Shown here: positions 25,421 to 38,639 of the stretch, piece by piece | Position numbering within the stretch: the stretch's first letter is position 1 | How the letters are laid out: each line of letters starts with the position of its first letter | NCBI RefSeq assembly: GCF_023055435.1 | Contig: NW_025964372.1 | Span: 21,266,001-21,330,000, forward strand | DNA length: 64,000 nucleotides | Source of the DNA: Haliotis rufescens | Taxonomy: Eukaryota | Direction of reading: 5' to 3' | The notes under the pieces: model-generated | What the model was told of the DNA's origin: nothing | The model's input: only the letters and a program-made list of their open reading frames with translations | The model's database searches: none | Made by a program: the position numbers and the translations under genes

Positions 25421-25959
25421 CGCGTGTCAGATGTGATAACGTCTTCAGCCAACAGAGAAACCTCCACCTTCTTCAAACTGCGGGCAGCCAAAGTGGTCCA
25501 AGTAAGGAAACCCTTCGAACGATAGTGAATAATAGAGAGCCGAGTTCATAGTCTAGCGACCGTGTGTGACCTGCTACTCATATCTCGACAGACACGCTTA
25601 TCTGCTGCAGGTGATGTCACGGGGACTCGGCTATCTCTCACACAGTATGACTATATTCAATAGGTATGGCACAAATGTGCCACGCGTAGTCCGAGCTTGT
25701 AAATCGGTGTAATAATACAACAATACAACCATGTATATGTCTTGCCTTACGTTATAATCTTCTATGCTATCAGATGGTCGTAAGCTCAACTTATCTGTCA
25801 ACCCCATCACATGAAACTGTAATCTGTCATCACTCGAATGAACTTCGTACTATTAGTTGTTTCTTTGTTGCCGCACTCAGCAACATTCCAGCTATATGAT
25901 GGCGGTCTGTATGTAATCGAGTATTGGTCAGACAACATAGAAAGACTTGACCTAATGAT

Positions 25960-26300
25960 TGTAAAATGATGTAATTTTCAACATAATCCTTTTCCATCTT
26001 TTTTTAACGGGTGGGGTAACGATGTTGGGAAGATTTTAGACCGGTTTCATAGACGTCCCCTCAGTTGTCCACAGTTGCTATAACGTCATCGTTCGAGTCG
26101 TAATAGGTTCCTGGTAGAGCTTTCTTCATGTTTGGCAACAGATGGAAGTCTGACGGAGCCAGATGTTGGGTGCTGAAGGAGTTTAAAGCCACATACGTAG
26201 ATAGCTATGGCAAGAACTCATATGTGTATTGGCGCATTTAATTGCCCTGGTGGAAGAGAACAACCTTTCCGGATCAGCTTCAAACAAAGATCGTCAAACT
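25960..26300 (-). pseudogene. mariner-type transposase C-terminal relic
   Basis: Minus strand reads LAPSDFHLLPNMKKAL..YDSNDDVIA and KDYVEN, resembling mariner YSPDLAPSDFHLF..GDYVEK. Confidence 0.65.
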
Positions 26301-26319
26301 GTGTCGTCCACACACTTAT

Positions 26320-26625
26320 AATTTTTTAATTTGAAGTTTACACGATATACTACTTTTCCATTGGACGAGAGGTCGGTCACATGACCCCGAAATTGTTCAT
26401 AAGTGTATGAAGAAACGTTCTTTCTGAACATTTAGACCCTTTATTCTTGAACCCAAGCTCCGACGTTCATACAGTTTGGCCCTCACTCTATGAAGGTTCA
26501 TACTCCAATGAACTCGCACAACGTGAAAGTCGATTCTTAAATGAACCACAACTTCGCAGTCATGTAACCGACCTCTCGTCCAATGGAAAAGCTGTATATT
26601 GCGTGAACTTCAAATAAAAAGATTA
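26320..26625. mobile_element. MITE with about 65-bp imperfect inverted repeats
   Basis: tttgaagtttacacgatatactacttttccattggacgagaggtcggtcacatgac pairs with gtcatgtaaccgacctctcgtccaatggaaaagctgtatattgcgtgaacttcaaa. Confidence 0.7.
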
Positions 26626-26629
26626 TTGT

Positions 26630-27692
26630 ATTACCCATAGTCTTCTAGTCATATACACCTTACTGTATAACCCAAAAGTCTTCTAGTCACATACACCTTG
26701 CTGAATAACTACGTTTTCTAGCCATACAGACCTCACTGTATATTTCATACGCTCTCTAGCCATATGCACATTACTGTATATCCCCTACAATCTCTAACCA
26801 TATATACCTTACTGTATAACTCCGTCTTCTAGCCATATAGACCTCACTGTATATCCCATAAACTTCCAACCATGTACACCTCACTGTATATCCTATAGTC
26901 TTCTTGCCACATACACCTTACTGTATACCCCATACACTCTCTAGCCATATACACCTTACTGTATATCCCATACACTCTCTAGCCATATACACGTCACCGT
27001 ACAACCATAGACTTCCAGCCATAAAGACCTTAACGTGTATCCCATACACTCTCTAGCCATATATACACCTTATTGTATATCCCATACACTCTCTAGCCAT
27101 ATACACGTCACCGTACAACCATAGACTTCCAGCCATAAAGACCTTAACGTGTATGCCATACACTCTCTAGCCATATATACACCTTACTGTATATCCCATA
27201 CACTCTCTAGCCATATACACGTCACCATACAACCATAGACTTCCAGCCATAAAGACCTTAACGTGTATCCCATACACTCTCTAGCCATATATACACCTTA
27301 CTGTATATCCCATACACTCTCTAGCCATATACACGTCACCATACAACCATAGACTTCCAGCCATAAAGACCTTAATGTGTATGCCATATACTCTCTAGCC
27401 ATATATACACCTTACTGTATATCCCATACACTCTCTAGCCATATACACGTCACCGTACAACCATAGACTTCCAGCCATAAAGACCTTAACGTGTAACCCA
27501 TACACTCTCTAGCCATATATACACCTTATTGTATATCCCATACACTCTCTAGCCATATACACGTCACCGTACAACCATAGACTTCCAGCCATAAAGACCT
27601 TAACGTGTATGCCATACACTCTCTAGCCATATACACCTTACTGCATATCCCATACACTCTCTAGCCATATACACCTCACCGTATAATCCATA
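26630..27692. repeat. About 38-bp minisatellite with a 114-bp higher-order unit
   Basis: ccatatacaccttactgtatatcccatacactctctag. Confidence 0.9.
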
Positions 27693-28237
27693 GTACATGT
27701 ATTTTATGCATACATCACAAAGCAGTGATAAAGATTCCATAAAATAGTTTATTTGTAACAATTCTCCGTATGCTATAAATGGATCACATGGATATATCTT
27801 GCTACTACCATCAAATGTGGAGATAAGACCTGGCAATAAATATGACATATACAAACCAATAATCCAGATATGTTGAGAATGTTCTTGGTCCATTGTGGTT
27901 CCTTATTTGTGAGTCTAATTTACCAAATATCACATCATTACACACATGTACACTTCTATCAATTATGTACAAATCACATTGTCTATATACTTCCTTGCAC
28001 ACAGATATGAAATTGATACAGCTAACATTTCTAAGCTACAGTCCACTCAGATACACATGACATGTTGGCATGGTAACATATCTTAGCATGGTAACATGAC
28101 ATATAAGCATGGTAGCATATTAACCCTGGGATCAGAGCCTTCTGTCTGCCACCAGCCACCCAGCTCGGGGGTGAGGAGGCAAGATTGGTGGACTCTAGGG
28201 AGACAGTGTAAGGGATCAAGCTTGGAATGGAGGGGGG

Positions 28238-28600
28238 CAAGGGTCCAGCTATCGAGAGTGGGTAAAGGTACAGGGTCCAGCTATCGAGAGTGGGTAAAGG
28301 TACAGGGGTCCATCTAGGGGTGGGGGGTGGGGTGGAGGCAAGGGTCCAGCTAGGGAGTGTGGGTAAGGGTCCAGCTAGGGAGTGTGGGTAAGGGTCCAGC
28401 TAGGGAGGATGGTAAGGGTCCAACTAGGGAGGGTGGGTAAGGGTCCAGCTAGGGAGTGTGGGTAAGGGTCCAGCTAGGGAGGGTGGGTAATGGTCCAGCT
28501 AAGGAGGGTGGGTAAGGGTCCAGCTAGGGAGTGTGGGTAAGGGTCCAGCTAGGGAGGGTGGGTAAGGGGTACAGGGGGTGGTGGGTAAGGAGTACAGGAG
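28238..28600. repeat. About 25-bp GGG-rich minisatellite
   Basis: gggtaagggtccagctagggagggt units. Confidence 0.88.
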
Positions 28601-30678
28601 GACGAGCTGTGAGGTAACACAGGCTTAACTTACACACACATACAAACTAGAGGAGAATGCTCCCCTTCATATACAAACTGGCTGATAATCAGACATCTAC
28701 AAAAAAAGTGAGGGAGGATTTTACCCTGTCAAGAACTTTTGTTCACGTGAGCTAACACAAATTTAAATATCTATAAGTTAAATATTGAATTATAATTGGG
28801 ACCATACTTCCATTGATGTCTGTGGACAAACAGCGAAATGTTATTCCAGACCTTGTTAGCGAGGATAACTTCTGTCCGATGCTGTTGGGCAGGTCTACAT
28901 AAACGTTACAGCAAGATCACTCTACGCCCATAATTTGTCAATCCAAATATCTTTTTCTGATGATTTTCCGAGAAACGGAACATCCGAATTAGGAGATTTC
29001 CTTGCAAAAAACATACGGATTCTAATCAGATCTCTGTAAGTAACACAAAAAGTGTAAGAAAACAGTTTGATTTCAGGAAGAACATATCATCACTAGACAA
29101 GGTGGACTAGTACCCTTAGAACCCTACTGGCAGTACCCTGATAATTCCAGAATCTGACTTCCAACACAGAATCATAATAGGCTGATTAGATTAATCAAGA
29201 TTAGAATGCTTCATCAACTGTATTCCTGTGATGCACCAAGACAGGTGCCTGCTTGTCATAAGGACATGTGGAGACACAGAAACTGACTGTTCGAGAGACA
29301 AAGTCCCAGTCTGCAGCAAACATGAACAATATGATTCAAGGTACCGGTACTATACATCTTCCTGATGTAAGAGACTTAACTGACTGTAAAAGTCCAGTTT
29401 CCACCCTTGCTGAACTAGGCTGGGATTAAGGAGCTATATTTGGGCTGGACTAACAAGTCTATGCATAGTCCAATTAAAATCGCATAAAGAAATCAATATC
29501 CAGTTCGTAAACAACATGGATTACAACATGCACGTTTTAGTTGACTGCAGGATTTGTAATGCATGTGTCCTATCAACTTGTCATCAAGATATATTTTCCA
29601 AATCTCTTCCTGTTTTAAATCAAGGTGCTCACGTAATTTAATGCACTTCGTGGGGTAAGACCCGTTTGATTACAATATAAATCTTAATCATCGATCAGAT
29701 CTTGTTGACTAGGAGCCACCATTTTGTATGAAGCAAACCCAAGTGATATGAGTGGTGAAAGGGACTTAATTCCTAATAGCCACCATTGGTGCTACGATCA
29801 AGCCCAGGAATTCCAGTCTAGTTCGGCGCTGTACACCACAGTTTAACCATATCAATAATGACCTGCATCCCCAAGGTAAAACTTTAATAAAATGCACAAA
29901 AGCACTGTTCCTCACCTGGAAAATTCACACCGAGCTGAAAAGATCTACATAATGTAATGTTCAACAAGTAAATGTCGTATCAAATGGCTATGTACTGCAC
30001 ATGGTGTACTCCACATGGAGTAAGAGGACAGCATGCTTACATAAAATTCTCAAAACTTGAACAATAATATTAGTATCACCCATTTACAAAAGTATTTTCC
30101 GAGATCATTAACAATGGCAAAGATTGTGTTCAGATTATCAAACCCAAAAGAAACTTGAAACCTGCCTTACATTTAATGTCTACATTTTGATTACAGTGAC
30201 ATAACTCATGTATATACCGGGTACTGAACAAAAAGTCAGGGATCATGAATATTTTTGGGGATGTTTATTTGTAGTGAAGACTGATCAAAATTATCCCCCA
30301 AAATATTCATGATCCCTAACTTTTTATATTAGTTTATATCTATCAGCCTCTCATTCAACATCCGGTTTGATGTTGATGATTGCGAGCCTCTCACTGAACA
30401 GTGAAGGAAGCAATTCCACTTCAGATCAATGATACAAATAATAGCAATCATGTGTAAATGAGGATTTGCTTCTAGAGTGGAGTTTGTCATGAAAAACATC
30501 ATATATAAGTCCAGCAGAATAAAGCTGTAGCATAAAATACAGTATAAACATGCAATGGCATGTAGTGGAAAGCACACGTATTGTACTAAATCTTCCAATC
30601 AAGAAAGTTTGAGTTAAATGAATTCTAAAATCAGTTATCCATCTGAGTTTTATGAAGTTTGACAAGTTGCTGCAGATA

Positions 30679-33600
30679 CTACTTGATGGTAGTTGTGACT
30701 CTGGGTTGACGTGACTCTAATGATGTTTGATTGAAGGCATCCAGCATTTGCTGCCTGACGTCCTCGGTGAGCCCCGCCACGTCGTCGTCCGTCCTGCCCG
30801 CTGTCCTCACGGGGGGAAGACATGTGATGATGAATTTACCTGGGACACACAATAACAATGACATGTCTTACGCTGCAACATTCCAGCTGTAAACAAGCAT
30901 GAAATACTCATATCCCCCGCAATTATGACATGTCCACCAGGCACCAGTTCACTACTAGACCTATCTATGCGCCACGTTTGGTGAAGAAATGTCATACGGT
31001 TTTCAAGATCTGCTCCATTTTCAGTCTAAGTCAAAGTCGTTGTCATGGAATCTCGAAATTTTTTATTTTTTTAAAATCCCAAACCATCAAAAGGCACCAG
31101 TTCACCACTAGACCTATCTATGTGCCAAATTTGGTAAAGATATCTCTCACAGTTTTTGTGTTCTGATCCATATAGTGCCCCTGACAAACTAGTGATTGAT
31201 ATCACGATCAGCAACATTGGGGTACGATTACACGCAATCAACCAAGTTACTGAACTGGCCACCTGATCCATATAGTGCCACCAACAAGCATAGGGACTTC
31301 ATTTATCAAGGTTGTTATATAAACATTATCATGAAGAATACCCGAGACCCATTTTATTTGACATATACTTACATTTGATTTGACAGAAACTTACATAAAG
31401 GTCAGGCCATTTAATTTGACGGAGACTTTATTTGATTCGAAGGAGCTTAGCACAAAGGTCAGGTCATTTATTTTGATAAATACTTACATATATAGTCGTC
31501 ATTTGATTTGACAGAGACTTGTAAACAAAACGGTCAGGTCATTGATTTAGTGGCTAAATACATAGAGGTCGTTTCATTTGATATAATGGCTACTTACATA
31601 AAGGTCAGGTCATGATTTAGTGGCTACTTACCTAAAGGGAGTTTTTATTTGATTTGACAGCTACTTACATAAAGGTCAGTTTATTTTAATGTACCCCAAA
31701 AAATCCCCTGTGGTACACACGAGTTACAGCAGGTGCAAATCCTCTAGCATCTATAATAAGCATGACATTGAGAACACTCCTTGCGACATAAGTCGAGGTT
31801 TGAGCAAACATTTACAGAGGTTCAAATTAGGCTCAAGATCAAGTTATATGATTAGAAACTGAAAATATCAAATAGAGGTTATCATGCGAGTGTGTTTGGG
31901 GATGGTAAATATCCTGCATTAGGAATAAACATTGTATTTAGCGAGCCTTGGCGAGCTAAATACATAGTGTTTATTCCTAATGCAGGATATTTACCATCCC
32001 CAAACACACAAGCGTGATAACCTCTTTATCATATAATGTCATTCTTTAATTCTGTGCTTCAAAATCGCTTTCCCTCTCTCACAAACAATACCGAAACATT
32101 GCAAGTTTTCCTGGAATGCGCGCATTAATATTTATTACGTCTGAGGGTAAGTGATGTGTCAGTCGGACAGTGACAGTAGCCAATATAGTTCCAACTGAAA
32201 TCTCTTTCTTATACAGTGGCGAAGCAACATATACGCAATGGGTGTTTTTAATTGCCTTTTGCGGCAATCCATCGGTCTGTCTGCTGGAGTAACTGCCCTT
32301 TGTCAAAGGGAAGCTACTCTAATCCTAGTCTATGAGACGTCACAGCCACGGTCAGACGTTGTTGACAGTCGGTCTGTCCTGTCCTGTTAAGAAGTGTAGT
32401 CAGATGTACACACAGCGACAAAACGAAACAAGGTAACAATTTAAACATATTTCAGCCAAATCCAACTCTTTTAATTTGTGGAGAAAGGTTCAAGCCGCAG
32501 AGGACTACAAGCACAGATATGGCTACTGATCCCACTTGGCTAGGCCTCGTGGCTTCGCAAAATTGTGTCGAAATTTATATCTTCAAAGTTGCCAAAACTT
32601 ATAAAATGCCTTAGCTACGTCACAGTTAGACACTGATTTTCAGTATATTAGACTGTTCTTTTGATAATGAAAGCAATTGTCTCTGTAGTTTCTCCAGATT
32701 CCCGATGGTTAATTCTGACTCGATCCCCAAATGACGAGGACAACGCCATGTTTGTTTATAAACAGTGAAAGTAGTCCCTACTTGACCTTTGATATTTGCA
32801 TCTCTATCCGCATATGACCCCAACGGATATCGTTTTCATCCGTTGGCTTTATCCTGCCGAGAAACCTACCCATTATATGATAAAGCAGATTACGTGTCAA
32901 ATCTCTTGTCATGTTTGCCTCCTAGTCTCTACTTACCTGTGTCAAATCTCTTGTCACGTTTGCTGTAGAAGTCCGAGTAGGAGGAGAAGACAACAGGTAC
33001 AACTGGAACCTACAATACAAGGAGAGTGGTAAACATGTTAAACACAAGCACAGATAAAACACAAGCAAAATGTACAACACAGAGTGTACAATACAAGCAG
33101 GGTACAAGACAGAGTGTGCAATACAAGCAGCGTGTACCGTATTTTCTTGAGTATAGTGCGCACCCATGTATAATGCGCACCCTCCTCTAGCAGGTTCAAT
33201 ATTTGGGAAAAAAAGAAATTTGAATATTCTGCGCAGAAAAAATTTACACTGTACCCTTTCAGCCAAGTCCAGCAAACAAATGGGTGCTGAGAAACTTCGT
33301 CAGTACAAATTCGAAATTTGAGATAAAAAATCACCAGACATGTTTATTTACCGTTTAAATAGTATTTATTGTTCTGCTAGGCATTGTTTTATATCTAGGG
33401 ATTAAGATTACCTCGTGTATTTTCTCGTAAACTAAGCCGGAAACAGCAATCAGCTGTACACACGTTTTCTTGGAATCGACTGGTGATTCGGTCAAGACAC
33501 ACCCAATGATATAACTTTATAGGATTTTTAATGCAAGGATCGGCAACAATTGTATCTGAAACTATTTTATTTATCAGGAATAATATATTCCATTATTTTC

Positions 33601-36600
33601 TTAATTATATGCAGTCTTTACTAAACATATTTAAAATAATAATAACCCTAAGCGAAGCAGCTGATCGCTATTCCCGGGTATTATTTTTTTACATGGAACA
33701 TGTCATTTATGATATATGTATCCATTCTCTGTCAACTAAAGTTCGTTTCAAGGCGTCAGTATCGGTATTCTGACCGTGGTTGCTGTTAATAACTGTGAGT
33801 TGTGCGATCTTCCGATCGCTTCACACACGATTTCGCCGAAATTAATAAAAACAATATTATAAGTAATTTTGAATAAAATTAATGAAATAAGTTACAAACA
33901 TGAGTCCAGATATACAAAGAACACTTTTTTTTACAGCCAGTGTAAGTACATGAATAATTTGCGAACTTCAGTATGGATTTGTTGACATGGTATTTCCGGT
34001 GTTACGTGCTCACAGTAATGTCTTTCCATGGGGGAAAAACATCAAAACTCATTCATTCGTGTATAATGCGCAACCCCTTCTACACAGCTGTGTTTTTTGG
34101 AAAATAAAAGTGCGCACTATACTCAAGAAAATACGGTAAATCACCAAGTGAACATTACAAGTGTGTGTACGTGTGTGTGAATACCCCTCTCAGACACAGT
34201 ATACAAACTTCAGCAGAGGTATTATGTCTACAGAGGAGGCAGATTCTCACCTGGGCCTGCACAGCGAGGTAGAAGGCGCCTTTCTTGAACGGTAAAATGG
34301 AGCCTGAATGGTTGCGGGTACCCTCAGGAAAAATGAACACTTTCACCTGTAAGAAGCAGAATAAACCTTTAGTTCATAGTTAGAAACAATGGTTAATCTC
34401 ATGTACTGAGAGAAGAGATATAAGTCTATGATTATACATCATCAGGGTCTCGTTACCAGTGAGTAAGTGAGTGAGTATGGTTTTGCGCCGCTTTTAGCAA
34501 TATTCCAGCAATATCATTGTGGGGAACATCAGAAATGGGCTTCACACATGATACCCATCTCGGGAATCGAACCCGGGTCTTCGGGATGATGAGCAAACGC
34601 TTTAACCACTAGGCTACCTGACCACTCCATCTTGTTACCAGAGTCTTCAACAGCATCTACGTTTCCAGACAGAGTCTGTGTCACCAGAGTCTATGTCATT
34701 AGAGTCTACATCACCAGCATCACCAGAGACTAGACCACCAGTCTACATTACCAGTCATTAGAGACTATGTCCCAAAATACTACATCACCAGAGTCTACGT
34801 CATTAGAGATTAGCACACCAGAGTTTTAGCTCTACATAAAGAGTCTACCAGAGTCTATGTGACCAGAGACAATGTCAGCAGGGTCTATGTCACCGGTGAT
34901 TATGTCAAAAGTATCTACTCCACCATAATCTATGTCACTTGTTTTCAGTGGTTTTTGTCACATATAATTTCATGCATCAGTCAGAGTGCCTGACATAGTG
35001 GACCCATCAGTTTTCATATTTACATTGTTTTTATTGATGAAGTCTGCAGTATCTTTGATTGTGCTGACAGCCCGGTCATGGTTGAGACGATCAATGAAAA
35101 CTGTTCCACACAGCCATGCTGCCAGTCCAAATGGCCCAGTGTACATCAGCTCCTTCTTAGCCAAGCTGGTACAACGTGACGGCCATATCTCCATCATACC
35201 TGCAACACAGTCAGCTTACAGCTGTGGCACAAGTCAAAATACTTCCTCCATTCAGCATATGTTCAGTTACAGGAAGGAATTCAAGTCATCATATGTCCTC
35301 CATTCATCCACCTCCATGGGTAATATAAGTAGACATAGAGTCATATACCCTTGGAATACAAGGACATACGGGGAGTTATACAATATTATACAAGGAATAA
35401 TGCAAAGGCTTACAATTACATGGGGTAAAGCAAGGACACACAGTGAGTAATAGTGTGTGTTTTTGTTGTTTGACGCCGCACACAGCATTATCATGATTAT
35501 TCCAGCTATATGACCAGATGACAGCAGTCTGTAAATAATCAAGTCTGGACCAGACAATCCACTGATTGGCATCATGAGCATTTATCTACATAATTGGGAA
35601 AAAATGACATGCACCAACCGAGTAAGCATGTCTAACAATCTGATTCCATTAGTTGCTTCTTACAACAAGTATAGTCATCTTTTACGACAAGCATGGGTTG
35701 CTGAAGACCTATCCCACCCCAGATCTTCACGGGTTACAGGAGTTATATATAGGGTAATACAAAATACAAGGACATACAGGGAGTTATACACAGGTAATAC
35801 AAAGACATACAGGGAGTTATACATGGGTAATACAAGGACATACAGGGAGTTATACACGGGTAATACAAAGACATACAGGGAGTTATACACGGGTAATACA
35901 AAGACATACAGGGAGTTATACACGGGTAATACAAGGACATACAGGGAGTTATACACGGGTAATACAAAGACATACAGGGAGTTATACACGGGTAATACAA
36001 AGACATACAGGGAGTTATACACGGGTAATACAAAGACATACAGGGAGTTATACACGGGTAATACAAGGACATACAGGGAGTTATACACGGGTAATACAAA
36101 GACATACAGGGAGTTATACACGGGTAATACAAGGACATACAGGGAGTTATACACAGGTAATACAAAGACATACAGGGAGTTACACATGGGTAATACAAGG
36201 ACATACAGGGAGTTATACACGGGTAATACAAAGACATACAGGGAGTTATACACGGGTAATACAAGGACATACAGGGAGTTATACACGGGTAATACAAAGA
36301 CATACAGGGAGTTACACATGGGTAATACAAGGACATACAGGGATTTATACACAGGTAAAACAAGGACATATCTAACGGTAATAGATGACTCACCAAAGAA
36401 GTCAAGAGAGCTCTGATGGTTGGACACCAGGATGAAAGGTTTATCTGACTCAAGGTTTTCTTTTCCTCGGAGTTCGATCTCAATTCCAAACAACTTTCGG
36501 ATGTTCTTGATAGCAGAGCTGACATACCTATCAAACACACACATCACATATCTTTATAATGTACAATAAAACACATCTGTGTTTTAATCGACATGGGACA

Positions 36601-37317
36601 ATCTCATTAATATCAGATCTTTCTCTTGACATCTCCCTAGCCAGGGCAGGTGTTACGATTTATGTTGCAGGGTACACACACACCCTTCACCTTCGAACCC
36701 CTTCATTGTATATTTGCAGTGTATACACACACACACATACACATACACACACGCACATTCGTTATATATATTGCTAGGTACACACACAAATCATTTATGT
36801 AGGTCAGGGTTAGGGCAACCTTACATCCCAACACAGGAAAAAATTGAAGCAGCCGTTACGGGTGAAAATCTTTCCTCGGTCTATTCCTGCCCGGACTAAA
36901 TTTCCAGCTGAACTGATCATCGTTAATACAATCACGCCCTCAGGTGCGCTAACAGTGTCCTCGGCGATAAGCTAATGTAGGAAGACTTGTCGAGTGTTGC
37001 AAACATTGCTATAGAGTAGGTCTCCAAATTCATGAAAGGAAAACAAGGAAATTTTGAGTGAAGTCGTCGCACACAAAACACCTCATTTTGTTATCGTCTG
37101 CTGCGTTCAGATGTAAACATTCATTGGCTAACCTGTAATTCGTGACATCCTTCGCTCGTGGAAGACTCAGGAAAATCACAATGAATGCCAAAACATTCAC
37201 AATGACATAGTAGAAGAAGAACTTGGCATAATACTTGAACGTGCTGTTCAGCTCGTACAGAATGGGTAGTATCAACAAGAATCCGATGACAACCCACTGC
37301 AATACGTCCAGCGCCAT
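30679..37317 (-). CDS. AGPAT1/2: AGPAT1/2-like acyltransferase, paralog C (canonical), about 274 aa. Exons 37317-37133, 36527-36394, 35199-35024, 34346-34251, 33009-32937, 30839-30679
   Basis: Six exons (185+134+176+96+73+161=825 nt), GT-AG, in frame. Motifs [33 protein letters not shown]. Confidence 0.95.
30892..31298. mobile_element. Helitron/HINE-like non-autonomous element (tentative)
   Basis: Starts aacaag; duplicated internal block caccagttcac..agacctatctatg..tttggt; gatccatatagtgcc repeated near the end. Confidence 0.4.
31874..32885. mobile_element. Element with a long terminal hairpin plus a short inverted repeat (Crypton-like non-autonomous architecture, tentative)
   Basis: Hairpin 31874-32025 with about 70-bp arms; ctttatcatataatg (32024-32038) is inverted at 32871-32885. 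Confidence 0.55.
33137..34136. mobile_element. 1.0 kb Tc1/mariner-superfamily MITE, probably young
   Basis: Perfect 27-bp TIRs ccgtattttcttgagtatagtgcgcac / gtgcgcactatactcaagaaaatacgg with TA on both sides. Confidence 0.88.
34458..34624 (-). mobile_element. tRNA-derived SINE, family S2
   Basis: Similar to 22997-23168; TSD-like tctYgttaccag. Confidence 0.85.
35455..35733 (-). mobile_element. SINE family S3
   Basis: Reverse-complement similarity to 12039-12297; inserted in the 33-bp array. Confidence 0.75.
35735..36372. repeat. 33-bp minisatellite in paralog C intron 2 (degenerate copies continue at 35270-35445)
   Basis: tacacgggtaatacaaagacatacagggagtta. Confidence 0.94.
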
Positions 37318-38639
37318 TTCCACCAGTTTTCACGCGTGACAAAGGTTATTGCCGTAAAGTGGTCTGATGTAACGTAAAGCAAAACGGTAGTGTCGCAAAC
37401 GCTTACAGGCACCTTATTGGTCAAACCAACGTGATTTTTTAATGTAATCCTTATGTTAAAAGACATTAAAATAATACTTTTGTTATTTACTCTTCTGTGG
37501 GTCTGCGGACAGTCCCACAATATATATATATATCCGTTCTTGGGTCAAGCATAGATCTAGTGTTGCGAAGTCAGATAATAGAAATTATGCGATTTGAGAA
37601 TTTTCGGGTTCAGCCCTGGGAGGCTGATCTCTATTAAAAAAAAGGTTGCCGAATGACCAACCTCGCTCTCCAAAGCCGTTTGCTTCTAGCCTGGATGCAC
37701 AAACTACGACCATTAAAGGGCGATCTGGCCCTGGACTTTGATTCAAAAATCCCCTATACTTTATTTGTCTGCTGCATGGTTCCTATGTTATTATATATAC
37801 CAATTTAACAGTCAGTGACGGATTACCCTGGTTACACATACAGGCTCCTCCATGTACAATGTCAAGAACAGGACACACAGGAATATTGCTGACTGAAGGC
37901 CCCCGTAATATAGCAGGAATATTGCTGACCGCAGGCCTCCGCGATGCAACTGGAATATTGCTGACTACACGCAGACCGCCATGATAATAGCTCTAATATT
38001 TCTGACTGCAGGGCGATGTATATAGCTCGAATAATTTTTACTGCAGGACTATGTGTATATATATTAAAGGCATATTGCTGACTGCGGCGTAAAACAACAA
38101 ACTGGTCCTGCGTTTTTCAAATAAAAAGAAATAAAGTTTCTTTTGGTTTATTTTTGTGTGCTGATATTATTTTTCATTTTCGTCTATAAGTCTGCTCTCC
38201 CTGTTTCGAGGCACGCCCCGTGGCGGGATGACATACTTCTCATGACACACTTCTCGTCAGGGGAGCTAGATACATGTGGTATTTCATAGCAGTGTAATCC
38301 TGTGCATTTTGTTCACTTTCTGCAGGGAAATAAGACACGTAATTATGTTCTTTGTTTTCTATGAAAAAAATACGTATACACATGTTTACACTGAAAACGT
38401 AAACAAAGAATGATGTCGAATCCCCCTTATGGTAGCCCCTGAAATAGATATATCGAACTGATAGGTAGGTCTTGCCAACAACTCCCATGCTAATTATGAT
38501 ATGCTCAACGTTCGTGTTGTGTGACTGCACTAACTTTGTCTGAAGAACCTCGTTGGTGATCATTTGGCTAAATCTAGAGATTTTACGTGCGTTTCAAAAT
38601 AGTGATGTGCGGATGTTCGCTGTGCAACCACAACACAAT

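Noticed and set aside
24881-25491. N-terminal extension of paralog B suggested by the ORF track
   Set aside because: Relies on non-ATG starts in a repeat; the ATG at 24880 gives an exon-1 length comparable to paralogs A and C
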